From assembly GCA_965216875.1 (NCBI GenBank), contig OZ244207.1, positions 1,408,001-1,472,000 on the forward strand: a stretch of 64,000 nucleotides of DNA, in the 5' to 3' direction. Numbering within the stretch: position 1 is the stretch's first letter; each line of letters starts with the position of its first letter. This document shows positions 48,923 through 58,250 of this stretch, one piece after another. This DNA is from Rubripirellula sp. (GTDB taxonomy: Bacteria; Planctomycetota; Planctomycetia; Pirellulales; Pirellulaceae). The translations under genes were made by a program, and so were the position numbers. Below the pieces are notes generated by a model, which was given only the letters and a program-made list of their open reading frames with translations, searched no databases and was not told the origin of the DNA.

Positions 48923-51319
48923 CTATTCGTATAAGAATGAATGTTGCCGCAACAAATAGGTCACGACCGCTCGCCACGCGCGAAGGGTGTAGTGCGGGTC
49001 GGGATCAGGTGGCGAGGTATCCTTTTCCGTTTGGCACGAGTAGTGTTCACGAGGGCTGATTCCCTCGCGCGACTTCGCATCCTCAACGATCCCGACAAAA
49101 AGTGTGAACGTTCGCTCAACTTCGGGTGCATCCAAGCTCGCTTCCGTCCCAAGCACCAAGTGGTGTAGGTGCACTATCGCTTGGCGGATGGCTTGGTCCG
49201 CTTGGGGGCTGGCACCAGGGACGACGTCGGGCTCAATTTCGGGAAACAATCGCCGCTGCTGGGGTGGAAGCGAAAAGTCATGAGCGACGTGGCGACAAGA
49301 GATTTCGTTCGCCAAGATGCGTTGGATGGCTCCCATAGCGCCGCTCGGATCGAGGTTGCGCTCGGTGACTTCTTTCGAATCGATGCCACCGTAAAGAATG
49401 TTCAACTTTGCTTCGCGATCGGTCAGCCGATTCCAAGATTTGCCGTTCCTCGATCCGAAGATGGCGTGGATTTTGCGTTCGAGTTGCTCGGGAGACAGTA
49501 GCCGGACCACACCCAAGTCATCAAGTTCGGCGATCCGCTGGGCGTCGATTGACCCAGTTGAGATCCCGTCAACGCGGTACAGTTTGGATAGAGCAAGCTC
49601 TTCAAATGCGATTCGCAAATTGAATTGACCTTCGATCAATTTGCTCGCCACTCGCTCCATTTCGTCGCGTTGCACTTGGTACGCACGCCGCTTGGCGTCA
49701 AAGAGCGGGTCATCGATATCATCCGGAGGCAATGGCGGGCGTCGACCAGTCAGCGTGTACCAAACATGCGACACCATGGCAGTTGCAAATCTCGGATCGG
49801 CCGCGGTTCGTTCGCCAAGCCATTGCACGCTGCGCCATCGCTCTGCTTCGGGAAGTCGTTCGTCTTTCCAGCCAGCGGCAAAGATGTCTTTGTACCAACC
49901 CTCTTTGCGCGGGCCAAAAATGCCCTGCCCATCAACCATGTAGTAGTCCTGATAAAGGCCGGCGATGGGGTCGATGACTTTGTGGCAGACCACACAATCG
50001 GATGCCTGCATGGTCGGCACTTCATATTGAGCGGTGACGGCGGCCGCGTCATTGACTCGTGGCGCCAATTCCATAACGTCGATCCCCAAGAAGTGCAGGA
50101 AAACCATTCGCACTCGTAGGCGATTGCGATTGGTTTCGGTGGTTGGGTAGCGTTTGAGGTATTGAAAGGAGGTCAACAACCCCGAGTGTGGGTAGTCGCC
50201 CGTTTTTGACTCCTGTTGACGACCGCTTCGATCGACCAAGGCGGGAAGGGTGACCGGGATAAACTCGAACGGATCGTCCGGGTCTTTGAATTGGTCCTTC
50301 AATTCCTCGAACATTCCGTAGCCGCGAGCTGTGTAGGGAGACAGCATGGTGTAGTTCGCGGTGACCAGTTCAGTGATGGGTCGCTGGTTGCGAACAAGAT
50401 ACGAAACCAGTTCGGTTGGTTCGCGGCGCATCGCTTCGCGATAGTCGTTGACCCGCTTGTAATGTTCTTTCATCAATGGGTGCGAGTATTTGAGACGTTC
50501 GTCTCCCTTCCGCCCCTTATTGGGATCGAGCTCCTGGTACCAAAGCCGTGACTTGAAATGCTCATAGGAAAGTGCACCTTCGGCGACGCCGTCGTAACCA
50601 CGTGTCAGCAAGATGTCGTTGAAAGACTCGCTTAGTCGCTCATAAAACGCATCCTCATCCATCACACCGCGAAGCACCTCGCGAACGGCATCAAGTCCAC
50701 GTTGAGTCACCGCGTCTTGTTCTTCAGGTGTGGGCAGGCGGCCAGCAAGAGAAAGGGTCAATCGTCGAAGCAGCCGCTTCGGTGGCGACATCTCAACGCC
50801 ATCAAAGAAATCGGATGTGTCGATCGGGTCGTTTCGTTCGTCGATTTGCGTCCGCTGGTCGAGTCGCGATCGAAACCGTTTCAGAACTTTCCAGCCGGTC
50901 GATTGGGGCTCGAGGACTTGGCCACCGCCATGGTCGACATCGCCAAGGACTTTTTGTAGCAGCAGCGACGCTCCGTCGTTTTCTTTGAGCGCAACACGCG
51001 CGAACTGTGCGCGATTGTGGCGGTGCGATTCGTCTCGCGACCTCCAGTCCTCGGAAGGGTCGCGGAGGACAAACCCCGACTCGGCTGCATCACCACCAGC
51101 CTGATGACAATTCAGACAGACGCGGTTTCCAACTTTGACCCACACTTCATCCTTGAAAAAGCGATCGACGGCCAAACAAACACGTCCCGTCAGTTGGCCT
51201 TGTGCGCGCTCAGTTGAAACTTGCTTGGTCGACACTTCGCTGCCCGGATCGGTCTGCTGGGCAACCACAGTTACCGGCAACGACAGGACGAGAACGATCA
51301 GAAGGTGGGGGCGGTTCAT
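48923..51319 (-). CDS. DUF1592/DUF1588-like protein with c-type heme motifs (partner of DUF1501)
   Basis: CLNCH, LRRLTLSLAGRLPT, HSGLLT...RYPTT..NRNRLR, CVVCHKVIDP; adjacent to DUF1501. Confidence 0.75.
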   Translation of the reverse strand: MNRPHLLIVLVLSLPVTVVAQQTDPGSEVSTKQVSTERAQGQLTGRVCLAVDRFFKDEVWVKVGNRVCLNCHQAGGDAAESGFVLRDPSEDWRSRDESHRHNRAQFARVALKENDGASLLLQKVLGDVDHGGGQVLEPQSTGWKVLKRFRSRLDQRTQIDERNDPIDTSDFFDGVEMSPPKRLLRRLTLSLAGRLPTPEEQDAVTQRGLDAVREVLRGVMDEDAFYERLSESFNDILLTRGYDGVAEGALSYEHFKSRLWYQELDPNKGRKGDERLKYSHPLMKEHYKRVNDYREAMRREPTELVSYLVRNQRPITELVTANYTMLSPYTARGYGMFEELKDQFKDPDDPFEFIPVTLPALVDRSGRQQESKTGDYPHSGLLTSFQYLKRYPTTETNRNRLRVRMVFLHFLGIDVMELAPRVNDAAAVTAQYEVPTMQASDCVVCHKVIDPIAGLYQDYYMVDGQGIFGPRKEGWYKDIFAAGWKDERLPEAERWRSVQWLGERTAADPRFATAMVSHVWYTLTGRRPPLPPDDIDDPLFDAKRRAYQVQRDEMERVASKLIEGQFNLRIAFEELALSKLYRVDGISTGSIDAQRIAELDDLGVVRLLSPEQLERKIHAIFGSRNGKSWNRLTDREAKLNILYGGIDSKEVTERNLDPSGAMGAIQRILANEISCRHVAHDFSLPPQQRRLFPEIEPDVVPGASPQADQAIRQAIVHLHHLVLGTEASLDAPEVERTFTLFVGIVEDAKSREGISPREHYSCQTEKDTSPPDPDPHYTLRAWRAVVTYLLRQHSFLYE

Positions 51320-51353
51320 GGCAAGGGGCACGCGAACGCGTTTGGGCACTCAT

Positions 51354-51404
51354 GCATCATGGCGAGTGTGGCATCGCGGCGGGGGTGGCATCATGGTGGG
51401 TGTG
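51354..51404. repeat. Three imperfect 17-nt tandem repeats
   Basis: GCATCATGGCGAGTGTG / GCATCGCGGCGGGGGTG / GCATCATGGTGGGTGTG. Confidence 0.7.
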
Positions 51405-51650
51405 GCGACAGGGAAGTATGTCACCTTAACGCCATAGCATAACGCTCCCGAACGAGTCGCATTGAATCAAAGTTCGGTTTTGTGATCTCAGCGCCGAAAC
51501 CGACTGCGAAACAGATCGATCAAAGAATCAAAACCATCGAGGGCAGCTGCGATCTGTTAAGATGCCACACCGTTTGAGGCCGTCTTCGTCCACGCCTGCA
51601 TTGGTTTTTCCACGTCCTCAACGAAGAAACGACAACCATTGAGACCGAAA

Positions 51651-53090
51651 ATGTTAAAGCTCCCACCACAGCGATCACTTGCGCCTTTGTTGTTTTTTGC
51701 ATCTGCCATCCTTTCAACATTTGCGGAAAACCGAACACTCTTCGCCGAGCAAACGCGCACACCCAACATCATTTACATCATGACCGATGATCTCGGTTAC
51801 GGTGACCTCGGTTGCTATGGGCAAGAGATTGTTCAGACCCCAAACATCGACCAAATGGCTGCCGAGGGGATGCGTTTTACGGACCATTACGCAGGGCACA
51901 CTGTCTGCCGTCCTTCGCGGCTTGTGCTCTGGACCGGTATGCACGTGGGCCACACTGGCTTGACTGGCAATCGAGCCTTTAGCATTTCCGGTACTGAAGC
52001 GACCGTGGCACGCCAATTGAAGGAAGCGGGTTACGCCACCGGTGGCGTCGGAAAGTGGGCGCTTGGCAACGTTGATGTTCCTTCAGAAATCAATAACCCA
52101 GGGCATCCAAACAACAACGGTTTTGACTACTGGTTTGGATACATGAACCAGGGCACTGCACACAATTTCTACCCGCCGTTCCTTTGGGAAAACAAAACGC
52201 AGGTCCCGTTGCCCGGCAACGTGCTGAGTACGGATCCGAAAGCGCGCGGCCGGGTGTCGAAGAGTAAGGTCACTTATTCACATGACATGATGACCGATGC
52301 GGCCTTTCGGTTCATTCGTGAAAACAAAGACAATCGCTTCTTGCTTCATATCCATTGGACGATCCCTCACGCCAACAACGAAGGCGGGCGTGTCGAGGGC
52401 GACGGTATGGAGATTCCCGACTACGGCGACTACGGAGCGAAAGAGTGGCCTAACCCCGAAAAGGGATTTGCGGCGATGGTGTCGCGGATGGACGGTGACG
52501 TTGGCAGACTCTTTCAGCTGCTCAAAGACCTTGAAATCGACAACGACACCATTGTGTTCTTTACCTCGGACAATGGTCCTCACAAAGAAGGGGGCCACGA
52601 TCACGAGTTTTTCGATTCCAACGGAAAACTCAACGGATACAAACGTTCGATGCATGACGGAGGCATTCGCGTACCAATGATCGTGCGTTGGCCAGGCAAG
52701 ATCGCTTCGGACACAACGTCGGATCATCCTTCGGCGTTTTGGGATTTCCTGGCTACCGCGTGTGACCTCGCCAAGGTGGACGCGCCCAAGAGCGATGGGA
52801 TTTCGTATTTGCCAACGCTAGTGGGCAATGCGGACGCTCAAGACAAGCACGAGTACCTTTATTGGGCGAGCCAAGAAGGTGCAACGAGCGTTGGAGTCCG
52901 CTACGGCGATTGGAAGCTGGTTCAGTACCGCGGAAAAAAGAAACGCGGTCAGCCAGCGCCCGAAAACTCGAACGACTGGCGTCTTTACGACCTTCGCGAA
53001 GACATTGGCGAGGCGAATGATGTTGCGGCAAAGCATCCCGAGATCGTGAAATTGATCAAAGGTTTACTTCGCCGCGACGGGTTGCTGTAG
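51651..53090 (+). CDS. Arylsulfatase (Cys-type)
   Basis: PNIIYIMTDDLGYGD, CRPSR, GKWALG, SDNGP, GGIRVP. Confidence 0.94.
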   Translation: MLKLPPQRSLAPLLFFASAILSTFAENRTLFAEQTRTPNIIYIMTDDLGYGDLGCYGQEIVQTPNIDQMAAEGMRFTDHYAGHTVCRPSRLVLWTGMHVGHTGLTGNRAFSISGTEATVARQLKEAGYATGGVGKWALGNVDVPSEINNPGHPNNNGFDYWFGYMNQGTAHNFYPPFLWENKTQVPLPGNVLSTDPKARGRVSKSKVTYSHDMMTDAAFRFIRENKDNRFLLHIHWTIPHANNEGGRVEGDGMEIPDYGDYGAKEWPNPEKGFAAMVSRMDGDVGRLFQLLKDLEIDNDTIVFFTSDNGPHKEGGHDHEFFDSNGKLNGYKRSMHDGGIRVPMIVRWPGKIASDTTSDHPSAFWDFLATACDLAKVDAPKSDGISYLPTLVGNADAQDKHEYLYWASQEGATSVGVRYGDWKLVQYRGKKKRGQPAPENSNDWRLYDLREDIGEANDVAAKHPEIVKLIKGLLRRDGLL

Positions 53091-53106
53091 AAGTCTTTCC
53101 CTACGC

Positions 53107-54735
53107 CTAGAAATCGATCCGTTCCATGCCTGCGATCGTTAGTAGGCGATGGAAAAGGTTCGCCCCCATGTCGACGGGATAGTCGACGACCGCGCCGTCG
53201 GCTTTGAGAACCTTGAATTGGCCATCGTCGTCGACGTGCAGTCCTTTGAACGGATTGTCGTGGTCGACTTCCCAATCGGCCGGCTTGGTCCAAGGTACAG
53301 CCGATTCTGCGTCCGTTGCGACGACCATCACCGAATTGGAGAGCCCGTCCAAGATGTCGCGAAAGCGTGTGGGGTCATGCACATCGTTGAACATCAATCC
53401 TTCGCCCGTTGGCACTTGATAGACCGTTTTGCCGCCTTCCGTTTTGATGCGAGGGTGACGGTAGACCGCAGGCATGCGATCGAGCAATTTGATGTTGTGG
53501 TCGCTGTCCCAAGGTTCGTCCAACCGAAACTCTTCGTACAACGCTTGCTCTTCGACGAACGGCAACACTTTGACGCGCCAACTTAACAAGGGTGTTCCAT
53601 CATCGCTTTTGATTCCTTGGCGCGGCATGGCTCGATAGGCCGAATGATGATTGTGCATCGCAAGGCCCAGCATCCGCAGGTTGTTTGTAACCCGTGACCT
53701 TGGCATCGCAAGCTCCGCTCGCTGGACCACCGGTGCCATCAAACCCATCACCATGAACGAGTCGTAAGACATAAGGTCGTTTAGCGAATAGTTGATGGTC
53801 AAGCGGCGTCCTTCTCGCTTTGGCGTCAGCTGCGTGACCATGCGGTCAGCCATGCGGTTTACATATTTCTTCATCGCCTGGGGGACGGCACCCTCCTGCA
53901 TGTCGAGCTGCATCTCCATCGGTGCGACCGCCATCATCCGGCCCATGGTCAGTCCATCTCGGAGGATTTCTTCGAGAGTGTTTGCCGACACCTCGTCCTT
54001 AGCGAGCAGGACGAGATTGATTCCTGTGTCGAGATCGTTGACGTCCAACCGTACCAAGATCGCATCGAGGTGATCGGGGATCGAAGTGAATGGCATGAAG
54101 GGAGGCGGAATCTGAGGCCCGATCGATTGCAACAATCCGTTGACGATTGGCCGCACAGGTTCCACAGCGATCAGGATCGCCAGCTGGCCGTTATGGGTGA
54201 CCACCTTGGCATACTTTTGCAACGCGGCATCGTTCCCCCCGTCCGCCGAACGCAAGACGCTGTCGATGTATTTGGACGAAGCCAAAACGAGCGTGTCGTC
54301 GGCAAGTTGATGAGCGACCACACCCGGATCAGCAAATTGGATGCAAGCGTGACCATCGATATCGACTTTCTTCATTTCGCCGCCGAACAGGGCGGGATTG
54401 AATTTCTCGATATCGACCTTTTCCGTGAATTTGACGACGAGTCCGAACAACGCGTCGCTTGGCCCAGGCGTGCCAACCACAATTCGCGCCGACTCAACTT
54501 TCGAAACAGGGACGCCGACGGTCTCGATACACCACGCATCCACGATCTCGCGAGGCATGTATTCGAGGTTTGGGCTTTCGAGGACTTCGATTGGATTCAA
54601 AACCGCGGTGGCGAATCCATCGATCGGAATGTATTGGCTGCCTAACTTACGTTGCTCTTGCCCGTGCAACGAAAGGGGCGAAACCGCGAAAACGCAGATC
54701 AAACCAATAACAGCTCGCAAATGAACTCGAATCAT
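53107..54735 (-). CDS. Exported protein with C-terminal DUF1559 domain
   Basis: NNLRMLGLAMHNHHS, LLSWRVKVLPFVE, DEPWDS, DGLSNS, PWTKP, ADG. Confidence 0.85.
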   Translation of the reverse strand: MIRVHLRAVIGLICVFAVSPLSLHGQEQRKLGSQYIPIDGFATAVLNPIEVLESPNLEYMPREIVDAWCIETVGVPVSKVESARIVVGTPGPSDALFGLVVKFTEKVDIEKFNPALFGGEMKKVDIDGHACIQFADPGVVAHQLADDTLVLASSKYIDSVLRSADGGNDAALQKYAKVVTHNGQLAILIAVEPVRPIVNGLLQSIGPQIPPPFMPFTSIPDHLDAILVRLDVNDLDTGINLVLLAKDEVSANTLEEILRDGLTMGRMMAVAPMEMQLDMQEGAVPQAMKKYVNRMADRMVTQLTPKREGRRLTINYSLNDLMSYDSFMVMGLMAPVVQRAELAMPRSRVTNNLRMLGLAMHNHHSAYRAMPRQGIKSDDGTPLLSWRVKVLPFVEEQALYEEFRLDEPWDSDHNIKLLDRMPAVYRHPRIKTEGGKTVYQVPTGEGLMFNDVHDPTRFRDILDGLSNSVMVVATDAESAVPWTKPADWEVDHDNPFKGLHVDDDGQFKVLKADGAVVDYPVDMGANLFHRLLTIAGMERIDF

Positions 54736-54921
54736 GACAACGTCAGCCTTTGCCCAGGGTTGGAATTTGAGTCGTAGCGTCTGATTCTAGCACAGGTCGA
54801 CACCTCGGTGAGTGCTGGTCGCCTCCGTCGCGAGTAAACGTTTGTCGCCTTTCGCGCCGCGGAAAGTCGCTTAGCCCAACGTTGTGGGGGAGGCACCATC
54901 AACGTCCGAAGGCGACCAACG

Positions 54922-54961
54922 AAAAAGGCCACAGGCCGACGGTGACGTCGGGCCTGTGGCC
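54922..54961 (-). terminator. Rho-independent terminator of the oxidoreductase gene
   Basis: GGCCACAGGCC...GGCCTGTGGCC stem with an A5 run on the plus strand (T-run on minus). Confidence 0.65.
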
Positions 54962-55013
54962 ATCGTTGATCATGGTTTCCAAGGAGGTCGAACTCTTGGA
55001 AGGAATTGGCGAA

Positions 55014-56357
55014 CTAGACTTCGCGGCTCTTGCGGCTCATCAAGGCGTTTGCTTCATCGTCGTCGATGAACTGTTCGGCCTTTGGATCCCATTTCAACTC
55101 GCGGCCCAACATCACAGCGATGTTGCACATGTGACACGAGGTCATTGTGCGATGGTGGGACCAGACATCTGAGATCGGTTTGCTGCGATCTTCGATGCAC
55201 TCAAAGAAGTTTCGCATGTGACCGCGAGGCTGTTTGCCTTTGCAGAGTTTGACGATGGCTTCGTTGATTTCCTTTTTGTCTTCTTCGGTCAAGTCATTGA
55301 CCGGGCGACCTTCGAGTTTGCCGCGGTTGACAAAAATGCGTCCCTTTTCGCCTTCGAAAAGAATGCCGTTTCCAAAGTCGACATTGTCGCCTTCGCGTTT
55401 GTAGTGATTGTTGACGCTCAGAACCGAGCCGTTTTCGAACGTCAAATCAATGTGGAACTGCGTCAACGTGTTGTAGCCGTTGGGCAACGAAGCTTCGCCA
55501 TCAAGGAAAGCGTTCCAGTTGAAATCGCTTGGTACGATGCCGGGGAACTTGCCTTCGCCTTTGGCTTTGATCGGTCCGGTTTCGCCGGGAGCAAGAGCCC
55601 ACTGAGCGATATCGATGTGGTGAGCACCCCAATCGGTCATCTTGCCGCCTGAGTATTCGAAATACCAACGGAACATGCGACGACGTTCTTCGCAGTACTT
55701 CGCTTCAGGAGCCGGCCCGACCCACATGTTCCAATCGATGTCTTCTGGAGCTTCGGTTGATTCGAAAGGTCCGCCGCCAGGTGCGCCGCCGATGGCGACG
55801 TAAGCATTGACGTTCTTTCCGAGTCGGCCGCTTTGCACAATCGCGATCGCGGTCAGGAACTTGTCAACGGTGCTTCGTTGTTGCGTGCCAACCTGGAAGA
55901 CCTTGCCGGTTTCTTCGACAACCTTGCGAATCTGCTTGCCTTCTTCGATGGTCAGCGTCAACGGCTTTTCGCAGTAGACGTCACAGCCGGCGCGAAGTGC
56001 AGCGATTGCGATCGGCACGTGCCAGTGGTCCGGAGTACCGATGGTGACAACATCGAGATTCTCTTTCTCGAGCATTTCACGGTAGTCGGTGTATTCGTTC
56101 AGCTTGCCGCCGAAGTGCTTTTCGCTGAATTCTTTGGTGTGCAATTTATCGACGTCGCAAACGGCAACCATGTTGGCGAAATTCGATGCTTCGCGTGCAA
56201 TCGCGCCGCCGCGGTTGTATCGCCCACGGCTACCGCCGACTCCGATGGAACCGAGGCGTAGTTTTTTCGAATCTTCTTGCGCGAGTGCGGGGGCGCAGGC
56301 TACGGCAGCCGATCCAGCTGCGGTCGTTTTCAAGAATCCACGACGTGAGGATTTCAT
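55014..56357 (-). CDS. Gfo/Idh/MocA family oxidoreductase, Tat-exported
   Basis: MKSSRRGFLK, IGVGG, TPDHWH, YCEKP, QVGTQQRS, DWGAHHID. Confidence 0.93.
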   Translation of the reverse strand: MKSSRRGFLKTTAAGSAAVACAPALAQEDSKKLRLGSIGVGGSRGRYNRGGAIAREASNFANMVAVCDVDKLHTKEFSEKHFGGKLNEYTDYREMLEKENLDVVTIGTPDHWHVPIAIAALRAGCDVYCEKPLTLTIEEGKQIRKVVEETGKVFQVGTQQRSTVDKFLTAIAIVQSGRLGKNVNAYVAIGGAPGGGPFESTEAPEDIDWNMWVGPAPEAKYCEERRRMFRWYFEYSGGKMTDWGAHHIDIAQWALAPGETGPIKAKGEGKFPGIVPSDFNWNAFLDGEASLPNGYNTLTQFHIDLTFENGSVLSVNNHYKREGDNVDFGNGILFEGEKGRIFVNRGKLEGRPVNDLTEEDKKEINEAIVKLCKGKQPRGHMRNFFECIEDRSKPISDVWSHHRTMTSCHMCNIAVMLGRELKWDPKAEQFIDDDEANALMSRKSREV

Positions 56358-56527
56358 CGACAAGTCCCTTTGAAAGGCGAGTGGGAGGGGGAGGTGTAAG
56401 GTTGCCACATGATACATAGGACTCACCGCGACGTGTCGCGCGGTGTTCCACAATCCGGTCACATCCTGGCGGGCGGTGGTTAATTATCCGGGTTGTTGGT
56501 TCAGAATCGTATTGGCGTTCCAACAAA

Positions 56528-56643
56528 CACCCTCCCGCTTGCGGGAGGGTCGGACGCTAAAGTCCGGGGAGGGATTGATCGTTACAAAACCGACCCTCAC
56601 CGGGCCTTTGAGCCCGACTCTCCCAAGGACCCAAGGGAGAGTG
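56528..56643. repeat. Inverted pair of palindromic REP-like units
   Basis: Left arm CACCCTCCC-gcttgc-GGGAGGGTCGGAC-gctaaa-GTCCGGGGAGGG. The right arm reverse-complemented reads CACTCTCCC-ttgggtcctt-GGGAGAGTCGGGC-tcaaag-GCCCGGTGAGGG. Confidence 0.8.
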
Positions 56644-56663
56644 TCAACGCAAAACTCAGCTAT

Positions 56664-58106
56664 CTAGAATCCGCCGGGGCTGCTGAATTCGGCGTAGTCG
56701 TCGAATTCGCTGTGGCGTTCGGCGGCGCGGTCGCTGAACCGTGTGAAGTCGGCTTCCCAAGTCAGTTCGACATCGCCCACGGGACCGTTACGCTGTTTGG
56801 CGATGATGATCTCGGCTTGCCCTGCATACTGAGCTCGATCTTCGCCGCGATGGTAATACTCTTCGCGGTGCACAAACATCACCACGTCAGCATCTTGCTC
56901 GATCGCACCCGACTCACGCAGGTGACTCAACTTTGGTTTGTGGTCTTTGCTGTCTTCAGCCTGGCGATTGAGCTGTGAAAGGCAAAGCAACGGGACTTCC
57001 AATTCACGCGCTACCCCTTTCAAGCGACGCGCGATCTTTGCCACTTGTTCCTGACGCGGATCACGCGAGTTGTCCGGTTCGATCAATTGCAGGTAGTCGA
57101 TCACAATCATCCCAAGCGCATCTTCGCGCCGTTTGATCCGACGCGCGGCCGCTGCGATTTCACTGACCGTGCGGCTCGGCGAATCATCGACGAACAGTGG
57201 TGCTTGGCTGATTTCGTTGGCTTTGTTGACCAACCGCATGCGGTCATCGCCCGAGATCGTTCCATTGCGAAGCCGGTGACCGTTGACGCGAGCAAGAGAA
57301 CAGAGCATACGGTCGGCGAGCTCGATGCCGGACATTTCCAAGCTGACAAACAAAACGGGCGCGCGTTGTTCGATCGAAACGTGCTCGGCAATGTTCATCG
57401 CGAGCGCGGTTTTGCCCATCGATGGCCGAGCGGCCAGAATGATCAGTTCGCCGTTATGCAAACCACCGGTCATTTCATCAAAACGCGATAGTCCTGTCTC
57501 GGCACCGCCGTCGACATATTCGTCGCGCAGTCGAGCTTCCATTCGGTCCATCGCTTGATGCAGCACATCGCTGATCGAATGGACGCTTTGGCCACCGCGC
57601 CCATCCATGATGGCGAAGACCTTTTGTTCCGCTTGAGCGCAGAGTTCTTTGGCGGTTGAGTGTTGATCGTAAGCATCACGCAGGATGTCGGTGCTCGATT
57701 CGATCAGCTTCCGATAGACCGCCTTCTCCATCACGATGCTGGAATAGAAGACGGCGTGCGCCGCATTGGGGACCGCACCGGACAAACGTGCAAGGTAGGG
57801 CGCGCCCCCAATCTTTTCGTAGTCGCCAGCCGTTCGCAGACGCGCGACCAACAAGGTCACGTCGATCTTTTCGCCCGTATCATGCATCTCCCGCAATTGA
57901 TGATAGATCTTGCGGTTGGCATCGTCGTAAAAATCATCAGCCTTGAGCGATGCGATTTCGTCACAGACCTCGGGCATCAACAAGATACTTCCGATCACGC
58001 CCATTTCGGCTTCGAGGTCAAACGGCGGCTGGCGCTGAAGGACTTCGGTGATGCTGGCTTCGCGTTTCTTCTTGCCGCGAAAGTTTGAATTGTCTTCAGA
58101 GATCAA
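56664..58106 (-). CDS. dnaB: Replicative DNA helicase
   Basis: PPFDLEAE, AARPSMGKT, SLEM, IDYLQL, LSQLNR, LRESGAIEQDAD, AKQRNGP. Confidence 0.97.
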   Translation of the reverse strand: MISEDNSNFRGKKKREASITEVLQRQPPFDLEAEMGVIGSILLMPEVCDEIASLKADDFYDDANRKIYHQLREMHDTGEKIDVTLLVARLRTAGDYEKIGGAPYLARLSGAVPNAAHAVFYSSIVMEKAVYRKLIESSTDILRDAYDQHSTAKELCAQAEQKVFAIMDGRGGQSVHSISDVLHQAMDRMEARLRDEYVDGGAETGLSRFDEMTGGLHNGELIILAARPSMGKTALAMNIAEHVSIEQRAPVLFVSLEMSGIELADRMLCSLARVNGHRLRNGTISGDDRMRLVNKANEISQAPLFVDDSPSRTVSEIAAAARRIKRREDALGMIVIDYLQLIEPDNSRDPRQEQVAKIARRLKGVARELEVPLLCLSQLNRQAEDSKDHKPKLSHLRESGAIEQDADVVMFVHREEYYHRGEDRAQYAGQAEIIIAKQRNGPVGDVELTWEADFTRFSDRAAERHSEFDDYAEFSSPGGF

Positions 58107-58250
58107 GGCTGGATTCCGGTCCGTGGAATGGAAACGTCAAGTTTGAGTTTACAGCGCGAAGGCGGTTTGGGCAGCCGCCTTTTCGAGTCAGACAGGGAAG
58201 GAGGGCTGCTTTGGATTCCGCGCGTCTGAGCGTTGGCTTTCGCGGGGAAA

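Noticed and set aside
4708..53090. Abundance of c-type cytochrome, sulfatase and DUF1559 genes as a special island
   Set aside because: These families are known to be strongly expanded and dispersed in planctomycete genomes, so this is ordinary for the lineage.
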